Assembly (NCBI RefSeq): GCF_037042905.1
Contig: NC_087252.1
Location: 24,368,001-24,432,000, forward strand
DNA: 64,000 bases
Direction of reading: 5' to 3'
From: Lytechinus pictus
Taxonomy: Eukaryota
Below the pieces are notes generated by a model, which was given only the letters and a program-made list of their open reading frames with translations, was not told where the DNA came from and ran no database searches. Below are positions 54,984 through 64,000 of this stretch, piece by piece; the stretch's first letter is position 1, and every line of letters starts with the position of its first letter. The position numbers were made by a program, and so were the translations under genes.

Positions 54984-56271
54984 GTGTGGTGTGTGTGTGT
55001 GTGTTTCTTTTTTCTTTTTTTTCTTTTCCAAACACAAGACACGATCTTATAATACTTATTAATAAGAAACTAAGAAAAGACAAAACAAAATAATTTTTAA
55101 CGAAGATAGTAAGAAATTATATAAAAATATAACTAGTAGCCGATTGGTTAGCTGGTGTGCCCTTTTCCACGAACAATCATTCAGCACGCGCGATATTTAA
55201 TTTCTCTATTTGGATTAAAGGGTTATTCCTCGAAGATGTTTAATCTTGTAGGACCTACTAATATAATAGGTGGATGGGTGACTAATCTACATTAATATGT
55301 CATATAATCGTCACCAATGGTTTGACGTCGTATGGATCTCCTTTGCCGACGACGTCCTACTTACGAAAGCGACTGGCGTGTATTATCTGGAGAGATTGAA
55401 GAGCGCCATCATATTCAACAACAACAACAACATATTATAAAGTGAAATTCATACATGTCTGGGTAAAATAAACTTCAGTTTGCGGAGGACACCAGTACTT
55501 TTTGATAAGCGAGTGCATCAATCATCAATGTGAGGTTTCCAGGATAGAAATTCATTTATCTGGATACTTAAAAAATTATATTTGATACCTGGGAAATAAT
55601 CTTGCCATCCATAATAACTGGAGGAATGTCAGTACCATTTTTTAAATTTTTTTTTTTAATAGTACAAATTTATTTTTTTCAACGTTTAGTGAAAGTTTAT
55701 TGCATTGAAGCCAGACAACGACTTTACGAAGTTAAATATTTATGGTGTTAATGAGAGGAATAATATTTTTTGAGAAAGAGTAATACTGGTATATCATCAG
55801 CACAGAGTATGAAATTAAGAATTGAGGAACAATTTACAAGGTCTTTGATATACAAGAGGAAAAGCAAGGGGCCGAGGACGGACCCTTGCGGAACGCCATG
55901 TGATACATGACTGAGAGTTGACTTGACACCAACAACATACTGCATGCGATTCGATAAATAATTATCAAATTATCAAACCAATCAAGAGCAAGACCTCTTC
56001 TTCCACAATGTTTCATTTTTTAAAAGAAGTATGTCATGGTCAACGGTGTCAAATGCTTTCGAGAGATCCAAAAATATACCAATGGTGAGATTACCCTTAT
56101 CTATTTCTTGCATTATACGATCATACATGTGAAATATTGGCATATACGTTGAATATTTTTTTTTTTACGAAAACCAATTTGTTGTGAGATTAATATATTG
56201 TTCAAAACGTTCAAAAACAATTTTTCTAGTATCTTTGAGAAGATTGTTAAAACAGAAATTAGTCTATAATT

Positions 56272-57565
56272 GAAGAGTTTAGTTGCAAAAGGGGCAAGAT
56301 CCACTTTTTACCATTCCGAGAAAAGGTTACACTTCGTAATTCCGAAGGTTCGTAATTCCGAAGATTCTTTATTCCGAAGGTTTGTAATTCCGAAACACGT
56401 AAATTGCCTATACCTCGATGTTCGTTAATCCGAAAACGTAAAAGGGTTCGTTAATCCGAACATTTGTGGCGTTATTCCGAAGGTTCGACAATCCGAAAAC
56501 GAAATAAGGTTCGATGTTCCGAAGGTTCGTTAATCCGAAAACGAAATAAAGTTCGTTGTTCCGAAGGTTCGTTAGTCCGAAAACGAAATAACGTTCGTTA
56601 ATCATTTCGTTTTCGGACTATCGAACCTTCGGATTTACGAACCTCAATTCGTTTTCGGATTGACGAACCTTCGGAATTACGAACCTCACTTCGTTTTTGG
56701 ACTAACGAACCTTCGAAAATACGAACTTTCGGAAGAACGAACCTTCGGAATATCCGAACCTTCGGAATAACGAAGCTTCGGAATTACGAATGTATGCGCC
56801 GAGAAAAACCATGTTTTTTATTCTCACTGCTATACTCTCATGAGAAACTAAATTGTCATCATGTACTACCCTATCATGTGAACATAAAATTGGGTATAAA
56901 AGAAATCTAACTGTCTTCAATTTTTTTCTATATATTCTTTTAAAAATTATCATTGTGGACCTAACCCCTTTTGCAACTAAACTGAAATGAATCCAATCTA
57001 TTTTTATTAAAAAGGTGATTTTTCTTTGCAGCTTTTAGTCACATTTTCATGTGAATTTAAAATTTTCGTTGTTTTCATCAGAACGACTAAAAATTTAGAG
57101 GATTTGAGACAGAAAATAAGAATTTATGAACAATGGACCTAACCCCTTTTGACAAATGAGCTCTTCAGAATAATTTGTTTGCAAAAGGGGTTAGGTCCAC
57201 TCCAAGAAAATCATTTTTTTTAATTCTTCCATATTGCAATATGCGAAACTAACTTTTCGTGATACCCTACCATGAGAACATAAAATTGGATATAAATGAA
57301 ATCCACCTGTCTTCATATTTTTGTAAATATTCTTTTCCAAAAAAATTCTGTGTGGACCTAACTCCTTTTGCAACTAAACTAAAATGGACCTAGCCCCTTT
57401 AAAAAAAAGTGGTTTTGCTTTGCCATTTTAGATCACTTTTTAATGGGAATTTCATTTTTTCTTTGGTATCATCTTATAGAGCTACTAAAAATCTATACAG
57501 TGAGACAAAAAAAAAATCAAATTTGATGAAAAATGGACCTAACCCATTTTGCAAGTGAGCTCTTC
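56272..57565. mobile_element. Non-autonomous DNA element, GAAGAG..CTCTTC ends, 4-bp TSD AATT (Sola1-like, tentative)
   Basis: aatt|gaagagtttagttgcaaaagggg ... cccattttgcaagtgagctcttc|aatt; internal ggacctaaccccttttgcaa repeats. Confidence 0.75.
56325..56798. mobile_element. Foldback-type MITE built of ttccgaaggttcg sub-repeats, 8-9-bp TSD (c)cgagaaaa
   Basis: ccgagaaaa|ggttacacttcgtaattccgaagg ... cttcggaattacgaatgtatgcg|ccgagaaaa; whole element is quasi-palindromic. Confidence 0.85.
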
Positions 57566-59079
57566 AATTGACAATGTCTTTACGGTCAACTTTTTGAACA
57601 TTTGATAAATTTTAGCTCTTTTAAATGCATTAGGAACTTCCCCATATTCAAGAGACATATCATATATATGACACGGTGGATGGACACATTGATAAATACA
57701 TTTTTTCACAATAGATGGGATGATATCATCAGAGCCACAGGAAAACGTTGATATCAAGGAGGAGCAAACCGAAATAATTGAATGAATATTGTTCTATCCT
57801 AAAAAAAAACATGAATTCTGTGTCGGAGTCGGGGATGACTTGAGTAAGATTTTTGCCCAAATTTGCGAAATATCTGTTGAAATAATTAGATTTCATTTGA
57901 TTGGTATAAAAAATTCATTAGTATAAAACATTTTGGTTGGTAGAGAAATTTGAGCTTTTTCCACCAACATGCCCCATATGTTATTAATTTTCTGCCATGT
58001 TTTCTTCATGTTTCCTCTTAAGGTGTTATTTTTTATTATAATATTCTCGTTCAGCAAACCGAAATACTTTTACCAAACAGTTTTTAAAATCGTTTCTGGT
58101 CCAGAGTATCTATGAAAGATTTTATGTAGGATATTTTTTCATAGATTTCATGATGCCAGAAGAAATCCGTGCTTTGTGGAATCGTGTTTTTTTTACTGCT
58201 AACAGTAGGAAGATATTCATCATAGGCATCATAAAAAAATATTAAAACAGATCATAGGCATGGTTGACATTGTTGGATGCATAGATTGGTTTCCAGTCAA
58301 GACAGCTCAATTTCTTTTTAAAGCAATCAATCCCAGCATCATTTATAATTCTCTTCAGACGGGGTTCCCTTGAAATTGAATTTTAATTAAATTTTTTTTG
58401 CAATACAAAATATTGAGAAATGATCTGAAATGTCAGAATATAGTAGCCCACTTTCATATTCAAATTGGATTGCATTTGTAAAATTATTATCTATAATGGT
58501 AGCAGATTTATATGATATGCGTGTAGGCTTGCTGATTGCTGGGAATAAATTGTATGAGAACATAGTATTAACAAACTCTTTGCTTTTAGTGTGGCTATCA
58601 ATATTTAACAAATTGACATTGTAATCTCCCATTGTGTATAGTATTTTCTTTAATTGTGTATTTCAGAAAGCAAAGAATCCATATCATGTAAAAACGAATC
58701 AATTTCAGTATTGGGAGATCTATAGACATTTCAAACAATTATATTCTTAGAGTTAACATTGACAATTTCAATAAAAATAGTTTGAAGGAATGGATTATTT
58801 ACAGTCAAGTCTGGTCTTTCGAGGAATTCAACGTTTTCGGAAATATACAAGGCAACACCCCCAACAGACACTTCCTTTTACATATTTGTGAACATTATAA
58901 TAAATATATTCAGGAATATTCTCTGTAGATTTATCTGCAAATTTTGTGGTTTGATATTGGTTAGTAAACCAGAAAGTTAGTATTTCAAATGTTAATGAAC
59001 ATTGTTTACATTTTTAATGTTGATGAACTTTGAATGTGATTTGAAAGAATGTTCAAAATCATTCCTTTCAACAATATTG

Positions 59080-59350
59080 TCATCGTGGTCTCGTGGTTAA
59101 GATTCTCGTCTTTCAATCTGAAGGACGTGTGTTCGATTCCAAGCCATGGCGTGTTTTCCTTCAGCAAGAAATGTACCCGCACTGTGCTGCACTCGACCCA
59201 GGTGAGGTAAATGGGTACCGGCAGGAAGTCATTCCTCAAAAAGCTGTGCACACCAAAATCGGTAGACTAGCTTAGTAGGGGTAATATAGGAGCTCCTTGA
59301 GCACCTAGCAAGATGGAAATATGCGCTGTACAAATCCTTTATTATTTTAT
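59080..59350 (+). mobile_element. tRNA-derived SINE
   Basis: A box tggtctcgtgg, B box gttcgattcc, core gcactcgacccaggtgaggtaaatgggtacc, (TTA)-rich tail; matches 5480-5647. Confidence 0.78.
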
Positions 59351-59596
59351 TATTTATGTATTAATGTGCTGTTTTTCAAGTTACCACAATTTTTTTTTTG
59401 TGGTGGTCTGTAATGGCATATAATAAATTTTTCAAGGCACCCTTATTCCCGATTATGATGACACATTCTTCTCGCCAGTAAGAAATATTCTCGTTGAATT
59501 AATTTCGACTGCTTATAAAAGTGAGTTTCCGAATTTTGGTTCAAAAGGAGGCACGATTTTGGAAATCATTTTCTCCCCCAAGCTTTACATTGGTAG

Positions 59597-60455
59597 GTCA
59601 TTTGTCTATTTATTTATGATTAAGTTATGATAAATCATCGCTAGATCTCGGTTTCGTTTTTTCTGGGACGCGCTGTACATCGACCATCATTAATGATGGT
59701 GACAGTGAAGGCCTATCACGGTTTTTATGGTTGTTTAAATGGGTTAGTTTTTACCCCAAAAATATTGGATTACCAAATTATTCAGTGAGCAAAAACAATT
59801 CGAAGAAAGGATGCCAAAAACTCATTTGGCGGGGGGTATCTGAATTTCAAAAAGAAAATCACATGACTAAAAAGTTCAATATCTGCTCTTTTCTCTGATA
59901 CCTTGATCACAGAAAATGGTCAAGAAGTAAATAAGTTATGATCCCTCGAAACAATGCTTGTACTTCCATAATTTCATTAAATAAACGTGTTTTCACCGGT
60001 TTCCCACAGAAGCTATCGCAGAGTAACAAAAGACTTTACGCATGGCTGATCGTCAACAAAACGGAGTGTCGAGTGAGTTTGAACGCTAGCCTGTAAAACC
60101 TCTTCATTTTATGAAATTATTGAAATTCAAGCCTTATTTCAAATAACCAGAACTTTGTTATTTCTTGACCATTTTCTGTAATTGAGGTATCAAACTAAAG
60201 AGCAGATATTGAACTTTTTAGAAATGTGGTTTTCTTTTTAAAACCCAGATACGGCCCGCCAAGTGACCTTTTGGTATCCCCTTTTCAAATTGTTTTTGCT
60301 CACTCATGCGTGAATGAGAAATAATCTAAGTAATACAGATGAAAGAGGAGATTCTAAGCTTTAAAAGGGTAGTCCATTTGTCTATTGTATTTGTGATTAA
60401 GTTATGATAAATCATCGATAAATCTCGGTTTCGTTTTTTGTGGGACGCACTGTAT
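59597..60455. mobile_element. Tc1/mariner-like MITE remnants (two direct right ends plus an internal ~150-bp inverted repeat)
   Basis: tctcggtttcgttttt..tgggacgc.ctg|TA at ~59677 and ~60454; 59785-59930 is inverted at 60157-60303. Confidence 0.6.
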
Positions 60456-62099
60456 ATTGGTATCATCCCCTGTCCAACTGCTCAGACTACATTCCGATGT
60501 TGAATAATAAGAAGTTATGACAATTATAATTTTCTAAACAGTAATTACTACATCTAAATCTGCAGTGGTCATATGGCGTGAGGTAATCTATGACGTTAAA
60601 ATTTTGTATTCCCTTTTATTAGGCCTATATTTGCACGATTTGAAATATAGATCTCTTCGTCCTGCCTGTGGAATATGGATATCTTCATTGAATCATAGAA
60701 GTATTAATTTAATTTAAAAGCTTGTAAATTAAATGTTGAATATTTTGAAAACACATTAAAAAATTTAGCACATGAATAACCAAGTAACAACGATCCATTT
60801 GTTTGCCCAATTCAGTTAAAGAGGAGCTCTTGTTCCTTATATATGAACCTGTCTCAGTGTCATCTTTATCAGGAAATTCAATCGAAAAGTGCCTACCCAT
60901 TTCCGCATTAGATAAAGACAGGTATAATTTCGTTTTTCTCTAAATATATTCAATATCATGTCATCGAAATTTAAATTAATCCAAGGGGGGGGGGGGAACT
61001 CCCTCAATTACCCACCTCTGAAATATCGAACATATTTTGATTTTCAATCTATTCGGACGAGAGCTACGCAAAAACTGTAATGTTGACCGGTGTACATAGA
61101 GGATTCAATGACATTTGCTACGGCGACCATTACTCCACTGTAAATTCCATACTAATGGAATGACCAATTTCAACCCTGGATTTAACGCTGAGTACCATAT
61201 TCTAAACCTAAACCTAAATCTAACATGACACCCTATTGCAACCGCATAATCCTTACCCTATGTAATCGAAGAAATAAGCCCGTAACAATTGTCGCTGGAG
61301 CAATTGTCGTGTCACCACATCAAGTAAAACACCAGTCATTTTACTCCATTGTTAAACAGTGTTAGGCAAACACGTATTCATTGACGCTTAGTTGAACACA
61401 TAGAGGGTGTCATTACAGCAACTTTGGTTGCTATTTTGACACTCATTGGTATTATTGTTACGTTATAAGTATAAGGTATAAATTTCCGCCCTTTCACACG
61501 GTACCAAAATCGTAATTTGAATGATGATTCCAGAGATTAATAATTTTAATGACGATTTTTAACAAGTGTGAAACCAAACTAGAATCACGACCGCTAATCA
61601 CAATCACGTACGAATTCAAATTCTACTCTGGAGGTAAATTCCAGTAGAGTTTCACTGAAATTACGGTACGAATTTTACGTGTGAACGGATTGACCTTCAA
61701 AAAAAAATCTTTTAAGGGGCCGAGCTTATAGTCTAGGAGATAGGGGGCTTTATTCAGAATTTTTGGTGGGGAAGGTTTGACAGGCTTATCCGGGGTAAAA
61801 TTGTGTGCTGATTCCAAAAATGTCAGTCTCATTGACCGTACTCACGACATTTTAGCCATTTTGGCCAATTATTGACCAAAAATGACCAATTTGACCACTC
61901 TTTGGAAAATAGTCCCTTAACAGAATGCTTTTGTAACCACATCCAATTAAAAGGGTCTATCCTAAGCAAAAAAATACACACAGATTCCAAATAAAGTAAT
62001 TTGATTTTCCAAATCACACTAGAAGTGGTCATTTTGGCCATGTTTTGACCAAAAATGACAATTTTCATGATTTTTTTTGTCCGAAATGTGTTACAAACA

Positions 62100-63350
62100 T
62101 TGACCAATACAAAGATTGGATGTCTTTAGAAATCCACATTTATTTTTAAAATGTGTGCTGGATCATAACAATCAACCTCATGTAATTTATTCTGTCAGTT
62201 TTGGCCTATGATGGTCATTTTGGGTGCTTAAGACATAAACTGACCATTCGCGCAGTTATGCATTATAAACTGTTCAAATAGGCAGGAAATTGAGGTCTTA
62301 AGCATGTATTTTCTGCTTCCCTTATTAAATGGTAATGTATTCATAGGTCCTTCTTGTGTAGAATTTTATGCTGATTCCAAATATATCACTCTTAATGACC
62401 CTATTCAAAGGCTTATGGTCATTTTGGTCATTTATGTCCCTCAAAATGACCAATAATACAAGTTAAATTCATCAAAAAATACTACGAATGTTTCCAGAAT
62501 CGTTACAAGGGTGTGCTGTGACACCTAACATTGATGTATTAATCCTTAAATTGAACATCTCAAAATTATTTTGACCTCATGTAACTTATTCCATCAGTTT
62601 TGACCTATAAAGTCATTTTGGGTACTTTAGACATAACTGACCATTCGCTCAATTCTGCATAATAAACTGTGCAAATCGACAGGAATTTGAGGTCTTCAAC
62701 ATGTATCTTCTAAATGCGATTGCATTTAAAGGTCTATCTTGTGTAGAATTTTATGCTGATTCCAAATACATCACTCTTAATGACCCTATTCAAAAGATTA
62801 TGGTCATTTTGGCCACTTATGGTCCTCAAAATGACCAATAACATCAGTTCAATTTATCAAAATATATGTCGAATGTTACAAGAATCGTTACAAGGGTGTG
62901 CTGTGACACCAAATATTGGTGTATTAATTATTTAAATTGAACATCTCAAAAGCTGAGTATTTTGACCTCATGTAACTTATCCCATCAGTTTTGACCTACA
63001 TGTATGAGGGTCATTTTGAGTAAATTAGATATTACTGACCATTCGCGCAGTTTTGCATAATAAACTGTTCAAATAGGCAGTAATTTGAGGTCTCCAGTGT
63101 GTATTATTTTCTTCCCCTATAAGATGGGAATGCATTTAAGGTCTATCTTGTGTAGAATTTTATAACTCAGTCTTATTGACCCTATTTAAAATCTTTTGGT
63201 CATTTTGGCCTCTTTTTGGCCCCAAAATGACTAATAACATAATTTATCCAATAATACTTAGAATGTTACCAGAATCATTACAAGGGTGTGCTGTGACACA
63301 TAACACTGGTGTATGAATCCTTGAAATTGAGCATCCCCAAAATATTTTTG
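62100..63350. repeat. ~390-bp tandem repeat, ~3 diverged copies
   Basis: tacaagggtgtgctgtgacac at ~62504, 62890, 63279; cctcatgtaa at ~62176, 62575, 62966. Confidence 0.85.
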
Positions 63351-64000
63351 CTAACTTGGTCATTTTGTCCACCTTGACCCCCGGGCTTGACCTCTGCCCA
63401 ATGTGTGTATTAATTCACCTTATAGCGAACATGGTGAGGATAGATTCAGGATTGCGTTAATATTAGCATCAGCTATTGTTAAATGGGAAAGTTTGAAAGC
63501 TTTTGGGTGAACATCAATACAATGATTTCATATAGTCCAGTGTTATTGGCCTAACTATTGGATCCTGGGCCATTTTGACCACTTTTTCCTCAATGACCAG
63601 TGACCACTCATGCTTTGATGATTTAAAAGGGGCTCAAATGTTGGTCATTATCATTGTCAGCATGAACTACCAATAATCGGTGAAGAGTGGTGATAAATGT
63701 GATGAAATCCTTTATATTGAGTATACATAAGGTTGTTTGACCATGCACTGTGGTCATTTTCATGATCTTAGCCACCTTGACCACAATGTGGAATGTAGCT
63801 ATAAATGGAAACTTCACATATATGGGGCAGCAAATTCAGGAATAAGACATTTTAGCATAATTCAATGTTAGTGCATATTTCTAATCTTCATGAAGTACAT
63901 TAATTCCTTTATGAGCTAGTACTCATTTTGGTCACTTTAGGTCCCGACAATGACCAATAACATTTGAATGTATCAAATCGGATTCAAATGTTGTTGTCGC

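Larger units (their letters stand above)
47199..55432 (+). mobile_element. I-group (I/Nimb/Ingi-like) non-LTR retrotransposon with APE-RT-RNaseH ORF, interrupted at 49004-53020; (CAA)n tail
   Basis: QWNAQG, IQETW, GDFNSH, SDHNAI (APE); YRPISLLS, QSGFR, GIPQGSPLSP, YADD (RT); YTDGS, AEL, CDS, WIPSH..GNE.VD (RNase H); CX2C..H..C knuckle; caacaacaacaacaa at 55416-55430. Confidence 0.93.
55600..58900 (-). pseudogene. Decayed CR1/L2-group LINE ORF2, interrupted by 56272-57565
   Basis: GDYNVNLL, KPTRIS..ATIIDN, ISDHFSIF (APE); DRKDIVN|YRLISVL across the insertion; GVPQGSVLGPLLF..CADD (RT). Confidence 0.88.

Noticed and set aside
47186..55438. ATTAT as the LINE target-site duplication
   Set aside because: Only 5 bp in AT-rich DNA, so it could be chance; LINE 5' boundary left unresolved
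56325..56798. CRISPR-like or ncRNA-like short repeats
   Set aside because: Inverted symmetry and a TSD identify a foldback MITE

Overview
Eukaryotic, AT-rich animal genomic DNA. The repeat content (DeuSINE-like SINE, Academ-, Harbinger- and Kolobok-like elements) suggests an invertebrate deuterostome such as a sea urchin (inference). Bases ~4187-30571 (+) hold 21 phase-consistent coding exons (7250 nt, about 2415 aa, 5' end outside the window) of capicua (cic), long-isoform type, with the ATXN1-binding motif, RSK/14-3-3 motif, HMG box, NLS region and C1 domain. A probably long 3' UTR follows. The introns are dense with MITEs and SINEs. From ~38 kb the window is a nest of transposons: a 6.35-kb element with ~1.3-kb TIRs carrying a decayed Gypsy pol; an I-group LINE whose APE-RT-RNaseH ORF is intact apart from a 4-kb TAG..CTA element with an AGA TSD; a decayed CR1/L2-group LINE with two nested insertions; and a ~390-bp tandem array. 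Most notable: tandem duplications across cic exon ends that create extra splice donors and stop cassettes, an in-frame exon that regenerates its upstream donor (recursive-splicing candidate), a hammerhead-like motif, and a 60-bp all-TIR palindromic element. I found no evidence of a wholly new multi-gene system.
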